The position numbers were made by a program, and so were the translations under genes. Below the pieces are notes generated by a model. The model worked only from the letters and a program-made list of their open reading frames with translations, had not been told where the DNA came from and made no database searches. From the human T2T-CHM13v2.0 reference genome, Homo sapiens: a stretch of DNA of 64,000 nucleotides. The number at the start of each line of letters is the position of its first letter. Position 1 is the stretch's first letter. This document shows, in pieces, positions 35,344 to 51,204 of this stretch. The stretch is taken from the NCBI RefSeq assembly GCF_009914755.1, contig NC_060927.1; one strand, written 5' to 3'.

Positions 35344-35653
35344 AGCAGGGTGCGGTGGCTCATGCCTGTAATCCCAGCACTTTGGGAGGCTGAGGCAGGA
35401 GGATCACTTGAGCCCAGGAGTCTGAGAAAAGCCTGGGCAACAAAGCAAGACCTTCTATCTAAAACAAAACAAAACAAAAAAATTAAAAATTAGCCAGGCG
35501 TGGTGGCACACACCTGTAATTCCGGCTACTCAGGAGACTGAGCTGGGAGGATTGCTTGAGCCCAGGAGGTCGAGGCTGCAGTGAGCTGTGATTATGTAAT
35601 TGCACCACTGCACTCAAGCCTGGGCAATAGATTGAGACTCTGTCTCAAAAAAA
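35344..35653 (+). mobile_element. AluJ (likely donor of the right-arm copy at 28828)
   Basis: Full Alu carrying the private insertion gtgattatgtaattgcacc. Confidence 0.9.
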
Positions 35654-36321
35654 TATGTTTGCTTAGTAAACCACATAATATATGCCTAAATTGTTGTTTT
35701 CCTATGTCTTAACATGATTTATAGGTTATTTCTTGTCAGGAAAAGTATTTTATTTCTTAATTATTTATCATTAGAACCATGTATGACATGCTAATTATAA
35801 ATTATATACTAGCAAAATCTCAATGCATTTTTATTGAATTTTTTATTTTATCATTGACAAATCAGAAGGGGAAACTATCAGGGTGACAGTGAACAGAAGG
35901 GAAGGATAAAGGACTGGAATAGAGGCCTAATACCACCACAGTCTTTATCTTTATTTTTTCCTCATACAATTAAACTCAGCCTCTTAGCATATCCTATTCT
36001 TGAGTAAAGCAGGGAGGCAGTGTCATAGCGGTGAAACCCACAGGCTCTGAATTCTCACAGACCAGAGCTTGCATCCTGTGTACCAGTTGTGTGGTCAGGG
36101 GAAATTATTTATCTCTACAAGCTTCAGGCTCATCATATGGGACCAAAGGATAATAATATCTCCCATGAGGATGGTTGCTAATATTAAATGAGATGACATA
36201 TATACAATGCTTAGCACAGTGTATATATAAATTCCCAATAATTGGTAGCTATTATTATTATTAAAGGGGTGTAAAATTTGGCCAGACATGGTTGTAAAAG
36301 CAAAGTAGAAAATAAGTATCT

Positions 36322-36632
36322 GGCCAGGTGTGGTAGCTCACGCCTGTAATCCCAGCACTTTGGGAAGCCAAGGCGGGTGGGTCAACTGAGGTCAGGAGTT
36401 CGAAACCAGCCTGGCCAACATGGCAAAACCCCGTCTCTACTAAAAATACAAAAATTAGCCGGGCATGGTGGCGTGGGCCTGTGATCCCACCTATTCAAGA
36501 GGCTGAGGCAGGAGAATTGTTTGAACCTGGGAGGTGGAGGTTGCCAGTGAGCCGAGATTGCGTTACTGCACTCCAGCCTGGGTGACAAAGCAAGACCTTG
36601 TCTCAAAAAAAAAAAAAAAAAAAAAAAAAAAG
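36322..36632 (+). mobile_element. AluS
   Basis: Full Alu with a long A tail. Confidence 0.92.
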
Positions 36633-36634
36633 AA

Positions 36635-37702
<1,068 letters not shown>

Positions 37703-37901
37703 GCAGTGGGAATAGAATGTTTGTTACAGTAATTGAGAACTACCTATTTTAAACTTACAGCAGTCTCGCCTTTGTTTATTAATTTGTTAAAATAATTGAA
37801 TACTCCATGATAGCAATGTGCGAATTTGGATCTAGATGGATGGTATGAACCAGTTTAGGTTTAAAAAACGAACAGAACATCCTCGGTTTAGTGGGACGCC
37901 T

Positions 37902-37916
37902 CTGCCCCCTAGTGTC
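37902..37916 (-). promoter_or_regulatory. Candidate CTCF site
   Basis: Minus strand GACACTAGGGGGCAG is close to the CTCF core CCACTAGGGGGC(A/G)G and lies in non-repeat sequence with local CpGs. Confidence 0.6.
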
Positions 37917-38183
37917 TTAACATTCAATCTGCGTTTAGTGGCAAAGGACAGCCTGCAAGCTTCAGTCACTTGATGTTTCAAGGTCTGGACAAGAGTGGAG
38001 ACATTCTCAGAGCCTCTGATCTACTAGAATCGTACTCCAGTTTGTTCATATACCCAGAAACTTTGCACCGCTGAGTGGTCCCTGAAGACGTTGGTACATG
38101 CACGTGATGGAACCAGCTGATGGGAATGTAAAGGGCAGGAGGGCAGTTTGACATGTGAATAGGAAGCCTTACAAATGTGTATA

Positions 38184-38464
38184 GGCCAGGTGCAGTGTGA
38201 CTCACGCCTGTAATTCTAGCACTTTGGGAGGCTGAACTGGGCAGATCACTTGAGCTCAGGAGTTCGAGACCAACCTGCGCAATATGGTGAAACACCTTCT
38301 TTACAAAAAAAAAAAAAATTACAAAAATTAGCTGGGCATGGTGTGCACACCTGTGGTCCCAGTTACTCGGGGTGGGGGGCAGGGGTTGGGGGGAGGGGAG
38401 TAAGGGCTGAGGTGGGAGGATGGTTTGAGTCTGGGAGGTGGAGCTTGCAGTGAGCCGAGATCAC
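38184..38464 (+). mobile_element. Alu with internal G-rich expansion, 3'-truncated
   Basis: Alu body with G-tracts at 38369-38406; ends at gagatcacc with no A tail. Confidence 0.88.
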
Positions 38465-38520
38465 CGACATGGTTTAAATGTTCATGATATAATGTTTAGC
38501 AAAACTCTAAACAGTGTGAT

Positions 38521-38600
38521 CAAAACTTTAAGAAATACCACAGATTAATATATAAAACTTTAAGGAATACCACAGATGAACTTTAACGAATACCACAGCC

Positions 38601-38632
<32 letters not shown>

Positions 38633-38699
38633 TCTTATATATATATATATATACGTATATATATATATATTCTTATATATATATATATATATATATATA
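38521..38699. repeat. Three imperfect copies of aactttaa(g)gaataccacag followed by an interrupted (AT)n
   Basis: Direct reading. Confidence 0.9.
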
Positions 38700-39741
38700 A
38701 TTTGTATCTACTATGCTAGCAGCATCTGAGACACACATCTGTGGTCCCACCAGGACTTTTATCTCAGCCTTATCTCAGCCCTTCACCATCTGGTGACAAA
38801 TGACTCTCTGGAGCACCTTCCCAAGGCTCCTGGGCCACAGGCAATTGGGAGTGTGGCCTTGCCCATTTCTTCTCACTGCCGCTGCAACAGGCTGGCATGA
38901 GGGGCTCCTCTGTGAACCTCCTTCCCTGCCTTCTCAGGTTTCCCCAGGAATCACAGTATAGTTTTTCTCCACTCGAGGTTCCCATCCTCACCACTCTAGG
39001 ACTTCTAGCATTCCACAAGGTGTGAGATCATCTCTGAGATTTACAGCAGCACCCAAATCCAGTCACACTTACCAAATCTCTCCTAGCTCAGCTGTGGAAT
39101 TTTATCAAATCCCAGCTCTTATATCATTCATTCTTCCAAAATCGATTATTTATAAAATAAAATTTAGCCTTTGTACACAAAAGTCAGACTTTAAAATTCA
39201 AAATCCTTTTTCTCTGGGTAAGTTCTCTTCCAGAAACTTCAAAAATCGATTTAGAAAAGTTAAGTGCTAATAATTGTTTTATTTCTTTCTCTTTGCATTC
39301 CTGCTATAACCTTACCCTGAATGCACATAGAAAGGCCTTGTGGGTGGTTGAATGATGAGGGGAGGGAGGAGAGTAAACAGGAACTAATCTACATACAGAC
39401 ATGTATATATGTGCATATATGCATACATGTTTATATAAAGAATAGAGAAATTCATTCTAAAAAAGTTTTAATGATTATCTATGCATCATTTCTTCTTTTT
39501 AACTAATTTTCCATATTTTCCAAATTTCAGAAACAAGTTTTATATAATCAGAAAAAGAAAATTACATATAAAAAAGAAACAGATAAGATGTCTGCCTCCG
39601 GCATCACCACCCGTAGTAAAGGAAGGAAAGTAGGGAACACAAGCTTTCTGTTGGCCACATCTCAAGCTCTCCTCTTTGCAGTTCCTGGTACTTGATCTTT
39701 GACCCTACTGATCACTCTCTTCTTGAAACACTTTTTCCTTA

Positions 39742-40110
<369 letters not shown>

Positions 40111-40254
40111 CCTAGATCTCAAGCCTGAGTCTGATTCTGTAATGGGACAAAACGTGTGTGTTGAAAAGGAGTGTGTGTGGGGAGAGGGGTGGTTGGTGAG
40201 TATGAAGCAAGAGGGTAATTTGCATGCAGGAGTAATGTGATTAATTTGTAGCCA

Positions 40255-40580
40255 GTGGGCAGACTATGGTAAAATAAAGATGACCACACATCCCCTTGAA
40301 TCTGGAAGCCTCTGTGACTACTCTGACCAGTAGAATATGGCACCAGTGACATTTAAGGCTCAGATCTTAAGACACTGGCAGCTTCCACTTCCTGTCACTT
40401 GGAATACTTTCTCTAGGAGTCCACTTTGTCAAAAGTGAACTAGTCTGAGAATGGTCTGCTGTGAGGAAGCCCAAGCTAGCCATGTGGATATACCATTTGA
40501 AGAGAGATATAATAAAATGGTTGTTGTTCTAAGCCACTAAGTTTTGGGTTGTTAGTCATGCAGCAATAGATAATTGGAAG
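40255..40580 (+). mobile_element. MLT1 (MaLR) LTR remnant
   Basis: ccccttgaatctgg...gttctaagccactaagttttggg...gcagcaatagataa. Confidence 0.7.
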
Positions 40581-41253
40581 TTTCCTTCCTGTAAAAGGGG
40601 TTAGTACTATCCTTGTGGCTATATAAGAGGAGCTATAGTGAGAACTGCAGCCATATTAAACTTTAACTATCATCATAGAAGTTTCTAGAATTACTATGGA
40701 GGAGGAGGCTTTTCTGTATAGGAAAATACTTTGAAAAGCCCACTAGGAGTAGAAGGTGAGACCCTAGGGGATGAGTTGACAAAGAGAAATAAAAGATATA
40801 ATCAAACCACTTTGAATTTGAATTGCACAGGAATTTGGAGGTAGGAAAGAGCAGAGAATACAGAAGCAAGTAGAAATAAGGGAAGAGCAATGGAGGAGAA
40901 GTGAGAAACGTGGCCAGGGAACAGAGATCAAGTTTCAAAAATAACTGAAAGACTTTTTAAAAACACGGGCATCTAACAAATTTGATGCTGATTGTATATC
41001 CATCAGGAAAATCTCTATTAGATTAGCAGTCCCTGGTGCAGTTTTTCTAATTAATTACTACAATACCTGAAAAATCTCTATTTCTCCAAAATTTCCACAA
41101 AGTTTGCTACCAGTATAGCTAACTTTTGTGACATTTTTGTTTTGTTTTTAAATTTAGGTGGAAGTATTTTTAAGTATCTGAGTTCCACTCATAGGTTGAC
41201 TTGGTAGAGAAGAAGGATAACAGATGCCATTTCCTAAACTGAATTAATTTAGA

Positions 41254-41498
41254 CATAGTGATTTTCAACCAGAAGTGATTTTGTACCCCAAGGAATACCT
41301 GGTAATTTCCTAAGGCACTTTTGATTGTCTTGACTGGGACGGGGACTGGGATGGGGCAGGGAAGAAGGACAGCAACTGGCACCAAGTGGGCAGAAGCCAG
41401 GGATGCTGTCAAGAATCCTGCAGTGCACAGGCTAGCCATCCGCAAGGAAGAATTTTCCAGCCTAAAATGTCAATAGTGCCAAGATTGAGGAATCCTGA
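41254..41498. mobile_element. MER20 hAT MITE
   Basis: gggcagaagccagggatgctg...aaaatgtcaatagtgccaagattgaggaatcctg. Confidence 0.8.
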
Positions 41499-41622
41499 TT
41501 TAGAGGAGGCCAAAGATCTGAATCAAAGGTGTCCATGAGAGCCTAAGCCCCCTGCAGAATGTACAGGAATCTTGAAGAAGACATTAGACTTTCCACGATC
41601 CATGGAATGTGGCTTGAATCAA

Positions 41623-41945
<323 letters not shown>

Positions 41946-43387
41946 TTGAATCAATCTTATGTAAATTATTGGGAAGAGGGTGATTCTAATTAACCTCTGG
42001 GTTACGGCATCAAATAAGAAAAACTAATCAGTTAAAGTTCTTAATTGCAAGTAACAGAAACTAACTCTGGGGAAATTGAGCAGAAAAGGAATGTATTAGG
42101 TAATACTGGGCAGCTCATAGAATCTCTGGAAGGGTTGAAGAACCCGACCTGGAGGCTAAGCAGAAAAAAACAACTCATAAAAGCATTCTACAGAATCGTC
42201 CATGAAGATATCGGTGCCTCCACCACTGGCACAGACACTGCTGGAATAAAGGAAGCCTGAATGTTCTAGCAATCAAGATAGAATGGATGCTTCCAAATAA
42301 GCAAAAAGAAGCAGGACCTCAAAGTTTCATTTTGAAAACATATAAATATCTTTCAGCCTTAACATGAGAGAGTGAAAACTCAGCCACGTAAGCTCAGAAC
42401 CTCAGGGTCATTGTTGACTCCATAATAGTAATCCAAGTCAAAATACACTTGGATAAATACATTGCCCTCCTAAGAGGCCTCCTGGTTTTAGTCTTCCACC
42501 TATAACCAACACCACATCCACTGGTAGAGTAACTTCCTATTTGGATTATGGTGCTTTCCTTCAAAGAAGTTATGCATAAATTAGCTTTCAAAACAAATCC
42601 AAACATAATTTGACATCATTCAAAGCACTCTGTGATCTGTTCTGGACCTATATTCCAGTCGTCACTCCCACTACTTATCCAGGCAAATGATTTGCTTATT
42701 GAGCCCTAAGTATACTTGGCAAATGGTTTTCTTTCTTCTGCACCTTTACTCTTACCATTCTTTCTTCTGAGATGCCTTTTCACCTTCTCTTTACCTAAAT
42801 CTCACATTCATCCTTTAAAATCCAGCTCAAAACTCACAGAACACCTAACAATACCACGAACCTACTTTGTGATCTTGAGAAAATGAATACATTGCTCTGA
42901 ACTTATATAAGTACAAAATGGAACATTGTATTTTGTATTTGTATTACACAATGTATACAATTAACATTGCATTTGTACTACATTTTGCTGAAAACTTTTT
43001 ATTAGGAAACCATACTGTCTACACTGTGCTATAGTGGAACTGGAAGCTCTAAACCTGTAGTCCTGAGGCACCAGGAGGGTGAGTGCAAGAGCACAGTCAT
43101 TCTGGAGACTTCTTTGCTGATGAAGTAGGACTCATTTTCAAGTCCACCCTTTATCAAATAGATCTCTATGTTGCAATCTAACATACAGAAGACTGTATCT
43201 CATGATAACCTTTTCTTCCAGTGCTTTCAAACAGTGAGGCTTTATTAACACTTCCATGAAACAGTTCTGAAAATTAAAAACACTTCAATCTCTTTCATTC
43301 TCTCTGAATAGAGAATATGTTTTAATGGAGTAAATTCTCAACTTTCAGACTGCAAACTCAAGTGCATAATAAATATTGCATTTCTTG

Positions 43388-43727
<340 letters not shown>

Positions 43728-43857
43728 TGCATTTATTTAAATAGACTTAATTTTAACTCTACACCTTCACTTAGTTGGTTTCTGGGAAGCAACTGCTGCC
43801 ATTTTGGTGGTTCTCTCAGTATGAAAAATAAAATTAGGTCATTCTCCCATTATAGAG

Positions 43858-44081
43858 AGTGTGGTGATTCATTTTGTGTGTCAACTTGACTGGATTAAGA
43901 GACACCATGACAGTTGGTAAAGCATCACTTCTGGGTATATCCATGAGGATGTTTCTGAAAGAGACGGGTTTTTGAAGCAGTAACTGAGTAAGGGAGATTT
44001 GCCCTCACCCAGTGTGGGCATGCACCATCCAGTCACTGAGTTCCTGGACAGAACAAAAAGGGAGAGGAAAGGAACATACCC

Positions 44082-44112
<31 letters not shown>

Positions 44113-44190
44113 TTCTTCCTCTCCCTCTTTCTCCTCCCAGGAGCTGGACACCCATCTTCTCCTATGCTTGGACATTAGAACTCCACATTC
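43858..44190 (+). mobile_element. MLT2 (ERVL) LTR, 5' part; probable 3' remnant at 44845-44890
   Basis: tgtggtgattcattttgtgtgtcaacttgactggattaag...cttggacattagaactcca. Confidence 0.8.
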
Positions 44191-44840
44191 TCCCCATTCC
44201 AACCAGAAACTGACACAAATACTATTGTGGCTGGGTTGTAGCCAGTTTTCTTAATGTACATGCTGATTTCCTTAATTATTTCCTCCTATCTCTTCTGACT
44301 GTAGGATGGCTCAGTGGAATCCATTTTGTCAACTCCAACAATTAGTTTTTTCACACCCTGTGTGTAAGGCAGAAGGGCATGATCACAGGTCTGTCCGGTT
44401 TTGGAGATACCAGCTTCAAAGTTGCCAACACCAGCAGCAATAATCAGGACAACACAGCCCACCTGATATGTCCCTGTAATCACGTTTTTGATAAAGTCTC
44501 TGTGGCCTAAGGCATCAGCGATAGTCACTTGCTGGTCTCAAATTTCCAAACAGAGGTATCAATGGTGAGTAATATCACATTCACACTCAGCATTCAGTTT
44601 ATCCAATACCCAGGAATAGTTGAAGACACTCTTTCCCATCTCAGCAGCCTCCTTCTCAAATTTTTCAGTGGTTCTTTCTTGATGCCACCACGTGTGTAGA
44701 TTGGATGGCCAGTAGTGGTGGACCTGCTCGAATCTACGTGTCCAATGGTGACAATGTTGATATGAGTCTTTTTCTTTCCCATTTTGGCTTTTAGGGGTGG
44801 TTTTCATGACACCTGTGTTCTGGAAGCAAACCTGCTGCAA
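44185..44840 (-). pseudogene. EEF1A1P23: Processed EEF1A1 pseudogene: 5' UTR plus about the first 200 codons, 3'-truncated
   Basis: Minus-strand peptides [18 protein letters not shown] (ATG at 44782), [12 protein letters not shown] and [13 protein letters not shown]...[13 protein letters not shown] lie in different frames. Intronless, with the spliced 5' UTR (cagaacacag|gtgtc...aaaagccaaaATG). Frameshifts and a premature stop are present. The P23 numbering is from recall only. Confidence 0.93.
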
Positions 44841-46261
44841 TGGGAATATATATGTATTGTAATATATATATATATATATTCCTATTCTTACTATAGGTAG
44901 TGCTTTTGGTGGCAGAGTTAGGCAGTCTAAACATCACTCTGTGTTTTCCACTATTGTTCCCAGTTTTACTTATGGTTAAATTGGCCATATGACTAGGTTC
45001 TGGCCTACAGGATGTGGGGAGAAATGAAGTAAGTCATTTCTATGCCAGCCCTTACAAATCATGTCAGACAATCCGTGCTCTCCAAAGTGACCTTGGAAGC
45101 CACATGTTTCAGATGGTGTAGCTGGGAACAACCTGGGTCTTGCGTCTCCTGCTCAAGCAGCATATCCCATTCTATCTCAACTGATAGAATCACTGAATGC
45201 ACACTATGTGCCAAGCACTACTCTAAGTGCCCATACGTTAACTAATTTTATAATGAGATACACATATTAGCAAATATCATAACATCATGGTAATAGAATG
45301 ATACAGAAGGACATGCCTAAAATGGCATTGAACCTCAAATCTACCACACATATCCTTCCAGTATTTCTTCCCCATTCTTTCTGCTTGTCTAAATCTCACC
45401 CTAAATTTTATTTCAGTTAAGGAACAAAGTGGTAAACTGGATATGTTAAAGTAAAAAGGAAGAAGTTCTAGCGTGTGTGTTTATTTTATATAAATATGTG
45501 AATCCAATCTATTTATTAAGAGCTTCTTGAGAGCTGTGGATTCCTACAACCTCTCCTGCTGATATAGCCTGGTAAATTGACTACTGAAAGTGGATTAATT
45601 TTGTCTTCTCTAAATGCAAGCACCACTGCTGTTTAGGTGGGCCTCCAAACTGGGAGACAGTAAGTCCCATTGTCCTGGTGGTGTTTGTGAGTTGGACCAG
45701 GATTATAGCAGTTGTAGCAGGATATAGCCTCAACTTGGTTTATCTTGGCCCTTCCTACCACCAAGGATTCTTAGGACCATACAAAGTATGAGAGAGAAAG
45801 GAGACTGTCAACAGCTTGTGACAAAGAGCAGCAAAGATGTGGGAGCTGGTCCTTCTGCAAGGCACACAATTCAACTCACTCTTACAGAGGAGGGTGCTAG
45901 CAAGCTAGTATACGTACTACTAAGAAGAATCACCATGCAGAATTACTCAAAGCCTAGTATATATATTTTTTTATTGTACAGGCCAAGTTACAGAATAGAA
46001 TGAAGGTAGGGATTATGTTTTTAGTCTAAAACAGAAGCAAAGAGGAAATGAACCAGAGTGTGGAGCAAAAAATACCTGCAAGTAGGGGGAGAAAAACCTC
46101 AGAACCGGTGAGCGGGGAGGAAAGGAAAGGTACGGTTTTGAACATGACATTGGCTTAAAAGATTATAAATTGTAAGAGGCATAGAAACTTCAAAACAGAA
46201 AGAAAAAACTAAATTGCAAAAGCTCTTAATGATGGGAAGGTTGAAATAGAGTGAAGAAAAG

Positions 46262-46910
46262 CAGTGTTGTGCTGCTCAAACAATGGTGTATGGGTAATCG
46301 TTTAACAACTGGCTCTTCCAAAAATGATGTGTTCATATGCATAAGTTTCTTATACATTTTACTATGAATAAATGCTTCATTACTATCAATCCTATCTATT
46401 TCAACAAAGAAGTTGCTCACATCGTTAACCTATGAGTTTAGCTCTGACATGAATATGGGTTGTATTTTCCGATACATTAGTGAGTAAGAGAAAAGTAAAA
46501 CAATGAAGATGTACATTAGGAAAATTTAAATTAATGATGATGTGCAAGACTTCTTTACTGAATTAGATAATAGTGTTCAAATACTGAAAGAATATTGTCT
46601 CAATTCTGTATGTCATTCACAATGTAAAACCACAGACAGAACACACTTTAAAATTTAATCTGTAGTGTTATTTTTTTCCATCACTTTCTTAAGATTAGAC
46701 AATCAACAAAAAACAAATCAAGCCCTGATTTGTAGTGCATGCTGATTTCTATGGTGGAAATACTGTCACCATGACTAGTTTCAAGCTATACCAGCAACAT
46801 GTCACTGAACGCAGAGTTAGAAAGAGAGGCGCAATAGCACCTCATTATATGTATAGTGTTTCCACCATACAAATGCAATGGACGTGATAACCACGTGCCT
46901 AGAAAATAGT
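46262..46910. mobile_element. MER63-like hAT element
   Basis: gtttaacaactggctct...agccctgatttgtagtg...tttcaagcta...gtcactgaacgcagagtt. Confidence 0.65.
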
Positions 46911-47467
46911 TCCTTATGCTTAGTAGTCACAGGTAATCTCTGAAGTCCCCCAAATTCCTAGCATTCCTAATCCCTTTGAATCTGATGAATCTGATTCTGT
47001 TTAGGTGGCAGGAATTATTGAGGCGCCTGAGACCTCTCAAGAGAGTGTTAGGAAGGGACACTTAAGGGAAAACACTTACCTCTTCCTGATCTCTGGGAAT
47101 GTCTCTCCTCCCATGTTTGCTTCTCCAAGACCCTCTCTTCTACTCCAGGCCTCCCAGCAAAATCTGGTTTTCTTATAAAACCAGAAGAGCCTTGAATGGC
47201 CAACATTTCTCCTGTTAACATCCCCAAGGCAAGGTTACAAAAGCTGGCTGTCTTTTCGATGAGGACAGAAAAGAGAAGTCTGGAAAACATATCATAAACC
47301 GAGAATGCATCTCACTTCAGCAGTTGGTACAGCTGAAGCAAGGCTTCAGTGTGAATGCTGACAATGGGGTCACATGTTCTCAGTCAATAACATATTAGAT
47401 TAGCAGTCCCTGGTGCAGATTTTCTAATTAATTACTAAAATACCTGAAAAGACTTCCATATATATAA

Positions 47468-47803
<336 letters not shown>

Positions 47804-47809
47804 ATATGT

Positions 47810-48640
47810 ATACTTTAATATATGCATGTACATATAATATATACATGTATATATGTATAAGTATACATTAATAATATATGTATATTATATATTATTACAT
47901 ATATTATATGTATTATATATAATACATATAATATATATTACATGTATATTATATATGTATATTACATGTATATTATATATGTATATTACATGTATATTAT
48001 ATATGTATATTACATATATAAAATATATATGTATATTACATATATAAAATATATATGTATATTACATATATAAAATATATATGTATATTACATATATAAA
48101 ATATATATGTATATTACATATATAAAATATATATGTATATTACATATATAAAATATATATGTATATTACATATATAAAATATATATGTATATTACATATA
48201 TAAAATATATATGTATATTACATATATAAAATATATATGTATATTACATATATAAAATATATATGTATATTACATATATAAAATATATATGTATATTACA
48301 TATATAAAATATATATGTATATTACATATATAAAATATATATGTATATTACATATATAAAATATATATGTATATTACATATATAAAATATATATGTATAT
48401 TACATATATAAAATATATATGTATATTACATATATAAAATATATATGTATATTACATATATAAAATATATATGTATATTACAGATATAAAATATATATGT
48501 ATATTACAGATATAAAATATATATGTATATTACATATATAAAATATATATGTATATTACATATATAAAAAATATATATGTATATTACAGATATAAAAAAT
48601 ATATATGTATATTATATAGATATAAAAAATATATATGTAT
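47810..48640. repeat. AT-rich VNTR; core of about 21 near-perfect 26-bp units
   Basis: Unit tgtatattacatatataaaatatata with period 26 from 48004 to about 48550; 24-bp variants before and 28-bp variants after. Confidence 0.95.
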
Positions 48641-48749
48641 AACAATGAAAACCCTCTAGCCAGTATCATAAAGGAATAATCACTGTGGAGCAGAATTGAA
48701 GGGCATAGTTATGGTCAATACGTACTTTACTACATAAAAATAAAGAAGG

Positions 48750-49247
<498 letters not shown>

Positions 49248-49669
49248 TTATTACAGGGACAAGAAAAAAAAATCAGACAATAAGTTGGCATTTCAATACA
49301 ATGAAAGAAGCTTGACCTCTAAGATACAAGCACAGAAAGCAATAAAAGTAAGTAAAGGAAATATTTCAAATTTTATAATTCAAGAGTAAATCCTTAAAAC
49401 TACTTAAAAAGCAGGAAAAGGCAAAAGTGTCACTGCAAAACAAAATGAAATTTGTGACATGCAGTAGATTGCAGAAAAGGTATAAAAATTGTTCTTTTAA
49501 AAAATGATAAATATAGAAGATTTCTAAACAAAGATTAGAAGTACAATTTGAAAACTACAGCTAGTTTCAGGTGTGGCTGGATAAACTGATTCTTTCCTCC
49601 CCTTTCCCCAACCCATCACACTCACACACTCCATATCAGAAAGAAATCATTAAAATAATTTCACTGGAG

Positions 49670-50104
49670 CTGCGTAGTACACAGAATAACGCTTCCCACA
49701 AAGAAGTCTGAATCCTAATCAGAAGCTGTGCATGTGGCAAAGGGTAATTAAGTTTGCTGACCAGTTGACCCTAGAATAGGAAGATTATCCTCGATTATCT
49801 AGGTAGGCTGATCAAATCACACGGATGCTTACATGTGGAAAGCGGAGGTGGAAGGATTAGCATTGGAGTGATGTGGTGTTGGAAAGGTTTGACCAGTCAC
49901 TGCTGGCTTTGAAGATGGAAATGAGACACAAGCAAAGAAATGTGGGTGGCCTCTCAAAACTGGAGAAGGAAAAATAAAAAAGGATTCTTCCCTAGAGACC
50001 CATTTCTTATTTCTGACCTTCAGAACTATAAGATAATAAATTGGTTCTGTTTTAAGCCACTAATTTGGGGTAATTTGTTACAGCAGCAATAGGAAACGAA
50101 TACC
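49670..50104 (+). mobile_element. MLT1D-like LTR
   Basis: aagattatcctcgattatctagg...tgctggctttgaagatgga...tttgttacagcagcaataggaaacgaatac. Confidence 0.8.
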
Positions 50105-50629
50105 AGCTGAAAACAATTCTACACAGCACACAAGGCTCTTTGCCTGTTATGCTCATTTTCTGCTCCTCATCTCTATACTAATGAGGCTGCCTTCTGTTGG
50201 GTCCATTTCACTTTTCTTCTATTTTTTTTTTTTTAACAAAAAAGATACATTTTAAAATGTTTAATGTAAACTTTCAATACATGCAAAGTGAACAGAAAAG
50301 TATAATGAACTCTCATATACCTACTGGCCAGCTTCCATGGTTATTAACATTTTGTGATTCTTGCTTCATCTAACCTCTACCCACTTCCCATCCTCCTCAT
50401 GTAATCATTCTTCATAGCTTTTTAATGTAAAATGTACACATGCAAATCTACAATTTTAAATGAACAAATCTTCGCTATACATTTTGACAAATGGATGTGT
50501 TCATGTAACTGAGACTTCTATCATGATATGGAATGTTTCCATGTTTCTAGAAAGTTCCCCAATGTTCCTTCCCACTCTCCATATCTTTTTTTCCTGGTCT
50601 AGAGCATCATATAAATGGATGCTCTAAAT

Positions 50630-51204
<575 letters not shown>

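Noticed and set aside
47048-47290. ORF containing GMLTGEMLAIQGSSG, resembling the P-type ATPase (GMLTGES) or ABCG Walker A context
   Set aside because: The key residues (TGES serine; GK of Walker A) are missing and the flanks show no similarity. Treated as chance, though it overlaps the candidate non-coding exon.
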